A DNA stretch of 64,000 nucleotides from Candidatus Falkowbacteria bacterium (GCA_003518055.1 DOZJ01000006.1:201631-265630), one strand, 5' to 3'; shown: positions 23,946-34,159, counted from the stretch's first letter. Made by a program: numbers and translations. Notes: a model not told the origin generated them from the sequence alone.

Positions 23946-25157
23946 ATGCAGCGGATTATTTTTCACATTGACATGGATTCGTATTTTGCCACGCTGGAGC
24001 AGCAGGCTAATCCGTTTTTGCGCGGCAAACCGGTCGGTGTCAGCGGCAAGGAGGATTCCCGAACGGTGATTGTGGCGGCGTCGCGTGAAGCCAAGCAATT
24101 TGGCGTGAAAACAGCAATGAGTTTGTTTGAGGCGCGAAAATTGTGTCCACAGATGTATTTGGTTGAAGGTGATGGGCCGAAATATCGGTTTGTAACCGAT
24201 GAGTTTATTAAAATTTTTAAACGCGTGTCATCACAAGTTGAAATTTATAGCATTGATGAAGCGTTTTTGGATTTGACCGGGTATGTCAATGATTTTAAGG
24301 CGGCGAGAATTAGGGCGCTTTGGATCAAGGAGCAGTTGAAAATCAAGGCGGGTGAGTGGGTCACATGCTCCATTGGGATCGCCAAAAATAAATTGCTGGC
24401 CAAAGTGGCCTCAGATTTGAATAAACCAAATGGATTGGTGGTGATTAACGATACAAATTTATTTAATATTATTGATAAGTTGAAACTAACGGATTTTTGG
24501 GGGCTCGGACCGCGGATCAATCGGCGGCTGGAAGCAATGGGAATTGAAACGGTGAAGAAACTTCGAGCTTATCCGGTTGCCGAGTTGATAAAAGAGTTTG
24601 GGTTGTTTTACGGTCGCAAATTGCATGATATGGTTAGAGGCGAAGATGTCGGATCGGTGGTATCTGACTACAATGAACCAGCGGTGAAGTCTGTTAGCCG
24701 GGCCTATACTTTGGATCGTGATACTTGGGACAAAGGAGAAATTTTTCAGGTGCTGGCGCATTTGTGTTATAAATGCGGTCGAGAACTCAGGCGGAAAAAA
24801 ATCGCCGGCCGAACTTTGGAATATTATTGGCGTTATGATGATTTTACTCATGCCGGTTTTAGATTCACATTAAAAAAGAAGATTGATGATGGGTTGGAGT
24901 TATTCAAAATCGGGCAGGTAAAATTAATCAGATATGATTTGGCCAAAGCGGTGCGTTTGGTTGGCGTTAGGGTAGCCAATTTGGAGCCGGTTAGCGGTCA
25001 GCAGTTATTGTTTACCAATGAACGTAAATGGCAGCGGCTGGGGCCGTTTTTGGACCAAATTAATGACACTTATGGGGAATTAACGATAAAATCAGCTTAT
25101 TTGGTAAAAAAGTCTAGATTAAGAAATAAAATAGGCGGGTTTAAGTATGGAGATTGA
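23946..25157 (+). CDS. dinB: DNA polymerase IV (DinB, Y-family)
   Basis: 403 aa with an N-terminal IFHIDMDSYFATLE motif and Y-family palm, fingers and little-finger organisation. Confidence 0.85.
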   Translation: MQRIIFHIDMDSYFATLEQQANPFLRGKPVGVSGKEDSRTVIVAASREAKQFGVKTAMSLFEARKLCPQMYLVEGDGPKYRFVTDEFIKIFKRVSSQVEIYSIDEAFLDLTGYVNDFKAARIRALWIKEQLKIKAGEWVTCSIGIAKNKLLAKVASDLNKPNGLVVINDTNLFNIIDKLKLTDFWGLGPRINRRLEAMGIETVKKLRAYPVAELIKEFGLFYGRKLHDMVRGEDVGSVVSDYNEPAVKSVSRAYTLDRDTWDKGEIFQVLAHLCYKCGRELRRKKIAGRTLEYYWRYDDFTHAGFRFTLKKKIDDGLELFKIGQVKLIRYDLAKAVRLVGVRVANLEPVSGQQLLFTNERKWQRLGPFLDQINDTYGELTIKSAYLVKKSRLRNKIGGFKYGD

Positions 25158-25162
25158 CAAAA

Positions 25163-25192
25163 ATGGCCAAATTTGTTACAATTTATGGTGCG
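25163..25192 (+). promoter_or_regulatory. promoter TTGACA-N17-TACAAT of the Cys-rich secreted protein gene
   Basis: Consensus -35 and near-consensus -10 hexamers, followed by a GGGGGAGG RBS. Confidence 0.55.
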
Positions 25193-25249
25193 TTTGAACC
25201 TTGAAAAAGACCAACAAAGACAGCAACCCATAAGCCGGGGGAGGCTAAG

Positions 25250-25831
25250 ATGATGCGGAGAGTTGCGATGTCGGTGTTTTTTGCTGTTTTAGTTTTTGTT
25301 ACTTTGTGTGGTAACCGCAGCTGTGTTCCGGTAGAGCCTGAGCAGGTGGTTGGGATTCCTTGTGAGATTAATGATGATTGTGATGATAATAATGAGTGCA
25401 CGGTGGAAACTTGCGTTGCCGGCGAATGTGTTTATGATCTGACGGTCATGGATGGAGAGGTGTGGTTTGGTTCATCACCCTCGATGGGTTTTTACAAAAT
25501 TTGCTGGAATGGCCGCTATGCTGGTTACAACGGTTATTGTCATGTGGGTGAAGATGCGGCGATTTGTTCGGATACAACCATGGAGCTTTACAATTCTGAT
25601 ACGGGTCATTATGAATATTTGTGGGGTGTAGATTATTGTGTCGCTGATGAAGCCGGCAGAGGTTGGTGTCAGGAGTGCCAGCCAGGCACAGCTCTAGATG
25701 ATGGTGTTGATGCCGGGTGTTCGCTGGATTTTCCTCGGTGCACTACGGAAATGATTAGTTTGAACGGTCTTTGGGAGGAAAGCGCTACAGGAACAATATA
25801 CCGGCCTAGGTGGTTTTGCTCTGGTATCTAA
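25250..25831 (+). CDS. secreted cysteine-rich protein (signal peptide)
   Basis: 193 aa with the N-terminal signal MMRRVAMSVFFAVLVFVTLCG and more than 20 Cys in the mature part (CEINDDCDDNNECTVETCVAGECV). GC ~50%. Confidence 0.55.
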   Translation: MMRRVAMSVFFAVLVFVTLCGNRSCVPVEPEQVVGIPCEINDDCDDNNECTVETCVAGECVYDLTVMDGEVWFGSSPSMGFYKICWNGRYAGYNGYCHVGEDAAICSDTTMELYNSDTGHYEYLWGVDYCVADEAGRGWCQECQPGTALDDGVDAGCSLDFPRCTTEMISLNGLWEESATGTIYRPRWFCSGI

Positions 25832-25897
25832 AATATAGAAGTCTAAATCGGCTTCTTTTTTATATGAAAAAACCAGCGTATTACTGGTTTGGGAAAT

Positions 25898-26764
25898 TTA
25901 TTTTTCGAGTTGTTTCTTGGTTCTCATCAAGTGATCACGAAGTTTTTCTAGAGCGGATCTCTGTTCCGGATCACTGGCAGACGAGGTTGGGGGCAGGGTA
26001 ATGTCGGTTACTTCATTCGGGTAGCGAAGCCGCATGGCGACTTGGGTGTCGATTGGCTTAAGTGGAATATTCAGTTGTGGGTGGCGTCCGGGCTGCATGA
26101 ATAATTCGAAATCGCCGTTCGCGTGTTCATAATACCAGAATAGCGGCTGGCCATCCGGAGTGAAGAGTCTCAGATTTGGGTTTAGCTCTACGGTTTCGAT
26201 GGTAATTGGCGGCCGGCTAACCATTTCTTTGGATCGGTTCAGGCTTTTGATTTCAGCTGGGTCGCGAATGACAGGATTACCGGTTTGGGGATCAATTTCC
26301 CACTCGCATGGGACTTCGACATAACTGTCAAGGCGAGCGCTGAAGCATTTTTTCGGTTCTCCGGTTTCGGGATCAAAGAGCAGATTAGCGTCAGCGTAAT
26401 ACATGAAACCGCAAAAGGCCAAATAGGCGGAGCTGCCCAGAATGATGCCAATCAGACGTTTACGTCGGCGGAAAGAAAGTATCATGCCTACGCTGATCAC
26501 GAACAGAATGGCTGGCAGAATGGCGATCATTTTGGCCAGCCATGGATTAAGTGCGGCATGAAGTTCCAAATATTCGGAGATCCACGGAAATACCAAGAAA
26601 AAGGCAATTAGACTGCCGAATTTAAACAGGCTGAATAGCATCAATAGTCCAAAGACAAATAAAATAATACCCCAAATGAGTTTTTTTCGGCTGCGTTTGA
26701 TCTTTGGTGGTTCATCTCGGTTGGATTCGGATTTGATTTCACCAAATGGCTGTGTCATGATCAT
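25898..26764 (-). CDS. membrane protein, family M (cytoplasmic N-terminus, TM helices, extracytoplasmic C-domain)
   Basis: 288 aa, paralogous to the disrupted copy at 34676-35466 (same LIWGxILxxFGLLMLFSLFKFGS and VPCxWEIDPQTGNPVI blocks). Confidence 0.6.
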   Translation of the reverse strand: MIMTQPFGEIKSESNRDEPPKIKRSRKKLIWGIILFVFGLLMLFSLFKFGSLIAFFLVFPWISEYLELHAALNPWLAKMIAILPAILFVISVGMILSFRRRKRLIGIILGSSAYLAFCGFMYYADANLLFDPETGEPKKCFSARLDSYVEVPCEWEIDPQTGNPVIRDPAEIKSLNRSKEMVSRPPITIETVELNPNLRLFTPDGQPLFWYYEHANGDFELFMQPGRHPQLNIPLKPIDTQVAMRLRYPNEVTDITLPPTSSASDPEQRSALEKLRDHLMRTKKQLEK

Positions 26765-26779
26765 CTCCTTGCTGGTGGT

Positions 26780-27175
26780 TTGGAAACGAACAGGTTATGT
26801 ATCATTGTGTGGTTTATGGCGCAATTTGTCAAGTCGCTTTTGACAAGAAGGGTCATTTTTGGTAGGTTAAGGGCAAGGAATCATAGTTTAATCGAGACCT
26901 CAAAATTGAGGGAAAGGGAGGCTCAGATGCTGAGAGTATTGCTCATTGTAGCAGTGGTGGTCTTGATCGCCATCATCTTGGCCGGTGTCGCGTTGATCAG
27001 GGATTATTGGCGGCCGTTGAAGGATAGCAATGGCCAGCCGGTTGAACTTGATTCAAAGCAAAAGTCAAGATTGAAAATTATGATGGGCGCGGCGGCGATC
27101 GCGTTGTTCACGATTTTTCTTTCATCCAAGCATAATTGGGTGAAAAAAATGAAGCGGTCAATGGGCCGAGCGTAA
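26780..27175 (+). CDS. small membrane protein, hypothetical
   Basis: 131 aa with 2 TM helices and a terminator at 27185-27208. Confidence 0.35.
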   Translation: METNRLCIIVWFMAQFVKSLLTRRVIFGRLRARNHSLIETSKLREREAQMLRVLLIVAVVVLIAIILAGVALIRDYWRPLKDSNGQPVELDSKQKSRLKIMMGAAAIALFTIFLSSKHNWVKKMKRSMGRA

Positions 27176-27217
27176 TTATTGTCCAGCAAACTAACAGTTT
27201 GCTTTTTTGATTAAAAA

Positions 27218-27240
27218 AAACTAACAGGTGCTGTTAGTTG
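27218..27240 (-). terminator. terminator family AACTAACA-N-TGTTAGTT (copy for L1)
   Basis: AACTAACAGgtgCTGTTAGTT followed by a T-run on the minus strand. Related hairpins lie at 28542-28567, 30580-30603 and 35545-35568. Confidence 0.6.
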
Positions 27241-27253
27241 TTGTTTTATTCGG

Positions 27254-28465
27254 TCATCGCTTGAAAGGAACCAATGGTAATGCATGAGTCGGACAATGTT
27301 CGGTGGCGCAGTTTCCTTTGAAATCCACATCAGAAATAATAGTTTGGTAGTCACATCTGATGTTTGGGCAAAAACAGTATTTTTTTTGATTTTCTTCTTT
27401 CCATGCTTTCCATTCTGCGACCGATGCAGCCGCTTTTTCTTCTTCTTGGCGTTTTTTTTCTGCCGCCACCTTTATAAACAGTACTGCTAGTTCCAATTGG
27501 CGTATAAATTGTTCTTTGGCTACTCTTTGTCTTTCTAATTCTGCTTCACGCCTTTTTTCATCTTCGATCTGTTTCAAACGTTCAAATTCGATTTGCCGTT
27601 GTCGTTCTTGTTCGATTTGTTTCTGTTTGGCCAGTTCTATTTCATGGAGTTGTGTTTCCGCTTTCTTTTTTTCCAATATACGTAACCTACGGGATTTTTG
27701 GCGGCGTTGTTCGAGTAATTCAGCCCTTTTCTGTTTCTCAAGTTCTTTCTTTTGTTTTAATTCTTCTTCCTGTTTAGATTTAAGCAACTTCTCTTGTACT
27801 TTTTTCTTTTCTTCTGCAAAGATGTATTGATCATAAATTTCATCAAGTTCTTTGAGGTCTGCCTCTTTGGGAGGCGGCAAAATCAGCTTTTGAGTTCGGG
27901 GTTGATATTGGGTTATGACCAGATCCAAACGATCAAGTAGTCGGTCAATTTCCGCGTCTTCCATGCTGTCGAGAAGAATAATGTCTAAATCAAGCTGCTT
28001 TTCCACCCCGACCAGTTCAATTTCACCGGCTTCGGTTTTTTGTGCCGCTTCGATCACGATTTGTTTATATCCATGGGCTTTTTGTATCGCTTCAAGACAA
28101 TTTCTAATCCGCTGATTTTTAATACTTTCATCAAACCCCTGTTGACCAGTATAGCTTTTTTCCTCTTGAATTTCTTTGACGTTTCTTTGAATTTCTGATT
28201 CAAATTTGACGACTGTGCCGCGTAGCGTTTGGGCTTTGGCCGCCAGTTCGGCTTTTAGAGCTTTGACTGTTTGAAGTTTTTCTTCTGAGAGCTGCTTTTT
28301 ACTTTTGGCGTCATGTTGTTGAATATCTTTTGTAGTTTTGTGTACGCCAATTTGTTTCCGATTTGGATTTTTGTTCGGGCTTTCTGATTGTTGATGAGAG
28401 CAGGAAGCAATTATCAGCCATAGAACAGCAATGATTGTAATGCCAAGGTATTGACGGTGGAGCAT
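27254..28465 (-). CDS. lipoprotein L1 of a paralogous family (conserved N-domain, KE/QR-rich coiled coil, Cys-rich C-terminus)
   Basis: 403 aa with an IIASC lipobox. Shares the N-terminal ~200-aa domain (…CLEAIQ…LDLVITxYQP…) with 28562-30505, 30603-32915 and 35568-37634. Its C-terminal CxCPN…HCPTHALPL is shared with L3. Confidence 0.65.
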   Translation of the reverse strand: MLHRQYLGITIIAVLWLIIASCSHQQSESPNKNPNRKQIGVHKTTKDIQQHDAKSKKQLSEEKLQTVKALKAELAAKAQTLRGTVVKFESEIQRNVKEIQEEKSYTGQQGFDESIKNQRIRNCLEAIQKAHGYKQIVIEAAQKTEAGEIELVGVEKQLDLDIILLDSMEDAEIDRLLDRLDLVITQYQPRTQKLILPPPKEADLKELDEIYDQYIFAEEKKKVQEKLLKSKQEEELKQKKELEKQKRAELLEQRRQKSRRLRILEKKKAETQLHEIELAKQKQIEQERQRQIEFERLKQIEDEKRREAELERQRVAKEQFIRQLELAVLFIKVAAEKKRQEEEKAAASVAEWKAWKEENQKKYCFCPNIRCDYQTIISDVDFKGNCATEHCPTHALPLVPFKR

Positions 28466-28541
28466 GGTTCCTCCTTGGGTGTAGTTGTAAATGAACTTTT
28501 CATGATATTTTATATCAAAACTTCTAATTTGTCAATGAAAA

Positions 28542-28567
28542 AACTAACATCGGGTTAAATGTTAGTT
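28542..28567 (-). terminator. terminator family AACTAACA-N-TGTTAGTT (copy for L2; contains the stop codon)
   Basis: AACTAACATcgggttaaATGTTAGTT. On the minus strand it is followed by TTTTTTCATTGACAA, which runs directly into the promoter of L1. Confidence 0.6.
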
Positions 28568-30505
28568 GAGTTGCCGCATATCCCAAATGCAAAATCTCCA
28601 GCCGTCAGATCTCGCGAGAAGGTAACGGCCATCATGACTCCAGTCAAAGTTGGTTTGAATAAGAGGGCCGCCGCAAAGTAAGGCGGCAACAGTTTTTTGA
28701 GTTGAGTAATCTTTTACGTAGTATACGCCATGAGCTTTGGCCATGTTCGCGCTGAGAGCGGGATTTTCGGTGGTGGGATTGAGAAAATAGAGTGGATTGG
28801 TTGGCGACCAAAATTTGAGATCGACAGAATGTTCAGGCAAGGACATGGGTAAAGTTAATGGCGTTTGGGTGTTTTTTTCCGGATCCAAGACAATAATCTT
28901 ATCACCGTTGGCAATCAGTAATTGCTGGCCATGCCACCACATGTGAGTTTTCGCGGTAACAAGCGGTAGACGACTGAGGAGGCTGTTGGTAACCGTATTC
29001 CAGACAGACACTCTGAGGCCTGTTTGATCCTTGACCAGCGTGGCCAATCGATGGTTGGCGTAGTTTAAGCGAACGATTTGGACTTTATTGCATTCAGTGG
29101 CAAACAAAGTCGGATCCGAGGCGTCCGGACATTCATTGAGCTCAACCATGACGGTATTGGTCGTGAAATCAAGCAATCTGATTTTTCCTGATTCTCCGTA
29201 GTAAAAAGATTTTGAATCTTTATCGCATGAAGAATTGGCTCGAAATGAAATTGAAAGATTAGATGCAAATGCCTTACTGTAACCCAGTCTTGAATAACAA
29301 GAGTCAGGAGAAATGCATGATCCCTGATGAACAACATACCCATGGTCTGTCCAGCTGATTAATTTATTCCTGGCGTCAGCGCAGCTTACAGATTCATAAG
29401 CTGTGAAAATGGTTTCCCCAGATTCAATTGCCCAAATCCGAAATGTAGATCTGACTGTATCTGTAGCTGAACATGCCACCTGATCGATAATGGCCAGTCT
29501 TTGATCATCGGTTGACCAGACAACGTCAGTAAGATTTCCGATATAACGTTCTTGAAAAGAGGTGATTATATTTTCAGTGCCGGTTTCGTTAATCAGAATT
29601 TGTGTCGTTGAACTGCCATTGATTAATGCGATATACTTTCCAGAGTAAGAAAATCTGGCGAATCTAAAATGGCCGCCTAGCTGTTCGATGGTGATGTGGA
29701 AAGCCGGCCGAACGACCTTGATCCGCGACAGATCGGCTTGAACTCGTTTTTCTTGTTCGATTCTTCTTTGTTCCTCGAGCTCTTTTTGACGCTGTAAGGC
29801 GGTTTGTTGGTCTTGGAGGTCTTTTTGCCGTTGCAATTCCAATTGGCGTTGTTGGTCTTTGGCCGCTTCTTCCGGTCGAATATAATGGTCGTAGATTTCA
29901 GACAATGGTTTTAGGTCGGTTTTTTCATCGGTGAGGACCAACCTGTTGGAGTCGGGTTGGATGCGAGTGATGACCAAGTCAAGATCAGCCAGAATATTAT
30001 TGATTTCGTCTTCATCCAAGCTATTAAACATGATGGCGTCAAGTCTTAATTTTTTTTCCAAGGTACTGAGTTCAACGGTGCCCGCTTGGGTCAGATGGAT
30101 ATGTTTGTTCACAATTTGAATGTAGGCATTAGCTGTTTGGATCGCTTCGAGACAACCTCGGATTTTTTCATCCTTGATCGCTTGATCAAAACCAATCAAA
30201 CCGGTTCGGCTTTTCTCCGTCTTAATTTCGATAACATTAGCGTTGATTTCAGCATCAATTTGGGTCAGGGTAGCGGCAAGGGTGGTTTCTTTTTGTTGAA
30301 GCACGGATTTGAGCGTTTGAACTTCTTGTAGTTTTTCCGTGGTTAATTCTTGCTTGCTTTTTGTCGCTTTAGCCGCGGGGACAATTTTGACACTTTCGGT
30401 TGGCTTCATTTCGTCGGAATGGTTGGGGTTGGAATTACAGGCGAGGCCGGTCATGATGATTAAAATTCCAAACGCTAGCGTCTCAAAGAAATTTGATGAT
30501 TTCAT
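28562..30505 (-). CDS. lipoprotein L2 (conserved N-domain, coiled coil, PD40/TolB-like beta-propeller repeats)
   Basis: 647 aa with a signal peptide and a Cys at ~22. The N-domain is homologous to L1, L3 and L4. C-terminal repeats of the WSTDDQRLAIID / WSHDGRYLLARSDG type match PD40/WD40-like blades. Confidence 0.65.
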   Translation of the reverse strand: MKSSNFFETLAFGILIIMTGLACNSNPNHSDEMKPTESVKIVPAAKATKSKQELTTEKLQEVQTLKSVLQQKETTLAATLTQIDAEINANVIEIKTEKSRTGLIGFDQAIKDEKIRGCLEAIQTANAYIQIVNKHIHLTQAGTVELSTLEKKLRLDAIMFNSLDEDEINNILADLDLVITRIQPDSNRLVLTDEKTDLKPLSEIYDHYIRPEEAAKDQQRQLELQRQKDLQDQQTALQRQKELEEQRRIEQEKRVQADLSRIKVVRPAFHITIEQLGGHFRFARFSYSGKYIALINGSSTTQILINETGTENIITSFQERYIGNLTDVVWSTDDQRLAIIDQVACSATDTVRSTFRIWAIESGETIFTAYESVSCADARNKLISWTDHGYVVHQGSCISPDSCYSRLGYSKAFASNLSISFRANSSCDKDSKSFYYGESGKIRLLDFTTNTVMVELNECPDASDPTLFATECNKVQIVRLNYANHRLATLVKDQTGLRVSVWNTVTNSLLSRLPLVTAKTHMWWHGQQLLIANGDKIIVLDPEKNTQTPLTLPMSLPEHSVDLKFWSPTNPLYFLNPTTENPALSANMAKAHGVYYVKDYSTQKTVAALLCGGPLIQTNFDWSHDGRYLLARSDGWRFCIWDMRQLN

Positions 30506-30579
30506 GGGTGGTCTCCTGTTTGGTTGTCAAGGGTCATTCAATTAAAGCTACCTCTAATCGCACTCTTTGTCAATGAAAA

Positions 30580-30603
30580 AACTAACATTGGTTGATGTTA
30601 GTT
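30580..30603 (-). terminator. terminator family AACTAACA-N-TGTTAGTT (copy for L3)
   Basis: AACTAACATtggttgATGTTAGTT plus a T-run on the minus strand. Confidence 0.6.
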
Positions 30604-32915
30604 TAGTAAACCATGATTGTTAGAGGAAGGTGATGCTTGGGGCATTTTTTTCTAGAGCACGGAAGAGTTCTCGAGGCATCTCTTGCGAAATCACAACTCT
30701 CATTCGGACAAGTGCAATAATCCCTGTTGTTTGGGTCATCAGGCTCCATTTCACTGTAGTTATTTTCATAATCATCTTTTGTATAACTTTTTTTTGCGTA
30801 TTTCAGGTATTCAGAATATTGTTTTTCATTAAGAAGTGGGATTCCATGCTCTAAACAAGTTTGTTTTGAACACGTATCGAACTTTTTAATATACACAGTG
30901 GTAGCTTCAATTGGACAATAACAGTGAGAACCTTCGGGAATTTTAACTTCTACATATCGTGGTGATGATAATTGAGGATCGACTGGAGTAACTTCTAGGG
31001 GCGGGGTGGTCGGTGCGGTTTCAATTTCAACTTCGGGTTCTTTTGGTTTTTGGGGTGGTGGTGTGAAAGGTGGTGAGTATGGTGGTGAGTAAGTCACATT
31101 CCACAAACAATAATTCCATCCGTTAGTTAATCCGATGATGTGTTTCCCATCTGGACTCCACGATATTTCCCCAGCAATTCTTTGATTGCAGAGTAGAGCG
31201 GCGATGGTGCTTTCTGATTCTATGTCTTTAATATAGTACTTCCCATAAGCCGCCGCTATTTTTTTCGCTAGACCAGTGACTTCTGTCGTCGGACTTAGAA
31301 ATACATAGGGATCTCGAGGCGACCAAGAAATATCGGCGGTAACAAAGAAGCTGGTTTTTTTTAATTCCCATTTTTGGGAGCCCAGTTTGTAGATCTCGCC
31401 ACCGGTGACAATTACAAGAGCATCGCCCCACCACCAGAATTGGGTGTCGGGAACGAGTTTAATCATGGAGTTGATCTTTTCTTTGGTCGTGGTGTCCCAG
31501 ACTGATAGTCTGTATCCTTTTTTGTCTTGAACAAAGGTTACAAGGCGATCGCGTTCATATAGCATCTGGAGCACAACGACTGAACTGCATTCTGTTTTAA
31601 ACAGATTTGGATCTGATTTATCAGGACATTCATTAACTTCAACGGTTTCTTGGCCGGTGTTTAAGTCATACAACTTTACTTTTCCGTCTTTACTATAATA
31701 AAAAGAATGATCATCTTTCCAAAACGTGGAAGAAGCTCGGAATGAATGTTTGCCGATTCTTTCTCCAGTATCGCTAAGAATGTTCACATGACAATTGTAA
31801 CCAGCACTATCTCCATAAATTACAATGTTTATTTTATTCCAACCAAGAAGCTGGGGAGTACAACCGGAATAGTCAAGCGAAACGTTAACGGAAGTATAAT
31901 CACGTTGATCCACCGACCAAACTCTAAATGTTTGATCTACACAATTTCCTGATAATACGGCGATGGTTTTGTCATCCGGAGACCAAGCGACATCATATAA
32001 GGCGTGAAGTTTATGAGCCCTTTCTGCTGGCACAGGGATAGGGATTTCGGTTGTTTCGGGTGGATCTTTGCTAAAATCTTCAATATAGAGTTTTCTTTGG
32101 TCATTACTTGTACCATATAGTAAGACTAGTGGTTTTGAGTGTGCCCATAGAACACGAGTCACTGCAGCATCCGCACCTTGAATCGTTTTGTATAAAGTGG
32201 GTTCAATTATCGGCATTTCTTGAAGTTGTTGCTTGGATTCTTCTTGGTGTTCAAGTTCTACTTGTCTTTGTCGCTCTTTTCCTCGTTCTTCTCGCCCAAT
32301 ATATTGTTCATAAATATCAGGCAGTGGCTGGCGGTCAATATCTTCCTCGGTAACGATTGATTCCACAGCATTTGGGCCTACGCGATCGATAACTAGATTT
32401 AGATCGGTGATGAGATCATCGAGTTTGGCTTCTTCCAGCCCTTCGAGATAGATAACGCCAAGTTCAGTTTGTTTCTCTTCTCCTTTTAAGTCTACTAACC
32501 CAGCTTCGGTGATTTGGGCGTGTTTGGTATAAGATTGTTTGTAGGCGTGGGCTGTCTGTATGGCTTCAAGGCAGTGACTAATAGAGACTTGTTGCATGGA
32601 CTGTTCAAAGCCGGTAATGCCGGCGCGGCTTTGTTCAGTTTTGATTTCAGCTACGTTAGCGGTGATTTTCGCATCAAACTTAGCAAGTGTGGTTTGTAAA
32701 ACGGTTTTTTTCTGTTGCAGTGCAACGGAGAGATCTTTTATTGCCTGTAGTTTTTCTTGATACAAGAGAACTTTGCTTTTTTTATCAATGGGTTTCGGAG
32801 TGTAGCGAATTACTACTTCATCCGGAGGCGGAGGTACCGGAGTTTCAGTCTTGTTGCAGGCGGCAAAAATCATGATGGTAGCTAGGAAAAAACAAAAGAT
32901 GGGTTTAGATCTCAT
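30603..32915 (-). CDS. lipoprotein L3 (conserved N-domain, beta-propeller, Pro-rich linker, Cys-rich C-terminus)
   Basis: 770 aa with an IFAAC lipobox. PD40-like WSPDDKTIAVLSG / WSPDGKHIIGLTNG blades, a PPYSPPFTPPPQKPKEPE linker, and a C-terminal CxC…HHLPL module related to the L1 C-terminus. Confidence 0.65.
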   Translation of the reverse strand: MRSKPIFCFFLATIMIFAACNKTETPVPPPPDEVVIRYTPKPIDKKSKVLLYQEKLQAIKDLSVALQQKKTVLQTTLAKFDAKITANVAEIKTEQSRAGITGFEQSMQQVSISHCLEAIQTAHAYKQSYTKHAQITEAGLVDLKGEEKQTELGVIYLEGLEEAKLDDLITDLNLVIDRVGPNAVESIVTEEDIDRQPLPDIYEQYIGREERGKERQRQVELEHQEESKQQLQEMPIIEPTLYKTIQGADAAVTRVLWAHSKPLVLLYGTSNDQRKLYIEDFSKDPPETTEIPIPVPAERAHKLHALYDVAWSPDDKTIAVLSGNCVDQTFRVWSVDQRDYTSVNVSLDYSGCTPQLLGWNKINIVIYGDSAGYNCHVNILSDTGERIGKHSFRASSTFWKDDHSFYYSKDGKVKLYDLNTGQETVEVNECPDKSDPNLFKTECSSVVVLQMLYERDRLVTFVQDKKGYRLSVWDTTTKEKINSMIKLVPDTQFWWWGDALVIVTGGEIYKLGSQKWELKKTSFFVTADISWSPRDPYVFLSPTTEVTGLAKKIAAAYGKYYIKDIESESTIAALLCNQRIAGEISWSPDGKHIIGLTNGWNYCLWNVTYSPPYSPPFTPPPQKPKEPEVEIETAPTTPPLEVTPVDPQLSSPRYVEVKIPEGSHCYCPIEATTVYIKKFDTCSKQTCLEHGIPLLNEKQYSEYLKYAKKSYTKDDYENNYSEMEPDDPNNRDYCTCPNESCDFARDASRTLPCSRKKCPKHHLPLTIMVY

Positions 32916-33198
32916 GGATTTTCTCCTGTTGGGGTTGTCAAAGGGCTTTCAATTAAGGGTAGTGGTTATGGGGTGTTTTGTCAATCAAAAAACAGGTTTC
33001 TTTGTTGGTTGAAGTAATTAATTATAAATACATAATATTGATCTAAAAATTTGTTTATATGGTTGACGGAAAAATAAGTTTGTGTTAATGTATTCTGTCA
33101 AACATAAACGGAGGGTGCGTGAGAGCGAATTTTGTTTTTGCGTTTGAAATTGTCCGGGTAAAAACCAATCAACTTCAAATTCAACCAAGGAGGGCAGC

Positions 33199-33684
33199 AT
33201 GAGGCTGATGGTTAAATTTCAGCAGGCGGTTGGATGTGAGGCGGCTCAGCAGATTCTGGCGCCGTTTATGGCTCGGTTGGCTTTGATTGAGTCAAAGACG
33301 TATCAACTATTGATGTTTAATGAAGTCTCAGTGGAAGAATTGCTACGAATGTTTTTTTCTCAGATGAAGCAGTCAGAATCAAAGGTGCATTTTTTCCCCA
33401 GTTCAAAAAGTGTTATTCTGTCGGCCAAGAATCAGGCTCCTGATGTGGTGGTTACCACGATTATTAGCGAATTGACTGAGCAGCAGCTGCTTTTGCTTAA
33501 AGTTGTTTATGATTTGTACCAGTTGAATCAAGATGAAAAGGTTTTTCTCGTTTTTGTTAACGCCTTGAGCGATTTTTGGCGAGCCAAAGGAGATGGCGGT
33601 TTTTATCAGATGATTGGGGTGGATGCGGATGATGTGTGGCGCTTTTGGCAGGAATTTAGAGACCGGCAAATGCGAATGAGGTAA
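33199..33684 (+). CDS. hypothetical protein (161 aa)
   Basis: AAGGAGG RBS, a TTGACG promoter-like element upstream, and a terminator at 33755-33778. Confidence 0.4.
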   Translation: MRLMVKFQQAVGCEAAQQILAPFMARLALIESKTYQLLMFNEVSVEELLRMFFSQMKQSESKVHFFPSSKSVILSAKNQAPDVVVTTIISELTEQQLLLLKVVYDLYQLNQDEKVFLVFVNALSDFWRAKGDGGFYQMIGVDADDVWRFWQEFRDRQMRMR

Positions 33685-33893
33685 AGAATTTATGGTGGAA
33701 AAAAATAATGAAAGTATCAGTCAATTGAGTTGGTTTGAATTGATAATAATCCGTAAGAGCTAAACAAGCTCTTTTTTGGTGGGAAAAAAGTGCGAGATAA
33801 AAATTGAAAGAAGTATCAACTGGTAATAAAACGTGCTTGACAAAAATAACGCTTATTGATAGTATAAACACATAATATTCATTTGAAACTTAT

Positions 33894-34010
33894 ATGCATA
33901 AAATTAGACCGAGTGAACGCGCAAGCAAATTTCTCAATCCGGTAAAGAAGGACAAAAAGTCCAAAAAGGCGAAAATCAGGGACCGGAAGAAAAAGACTAA
34001 AATGCGATAA
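33894..34010 (+). CDS. possible small lysine-rich peptide (38 aa), or an untranslated short transcript
   Basis: A TTGACA-N17-TAGTAT promoter at ~33837-33866 and a terminator CAGCTGaaaaGCTG plus T8 at 34019-34040 bracket a ~170-nt unit. No SD in front of the ATG, so translation is uncertain. Confidence 0.2.
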   Translation: MHKIRPSERASKFLNPVKKDKKSKKAKIRDRKKKTKMR

Positions 34011-34159
34011 AAAAAATTCAGCTGAAAAGCTGTTTTTTTGTTTTTAGCCAAAAATTTCAGGCTTTCAACTGATGCGAGGTACTGTTTATGGTTTATGCCC
34101 AACGGTTTTTACAAAAAGGAAAAAATTTTGTATAATTTATCCATAATATATTAAAGATT

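Noticed and set aside
27284-28115. Several plus-strand ORFs (27284-27490, 27516-27830, 27915-28115) inside the L1 gene
   Set aside because: They lie antisense within a lysine, glutamate and arginine-rich coiled-coil coding region. They give low-complexity S/C/F-rich translations with no start signals.
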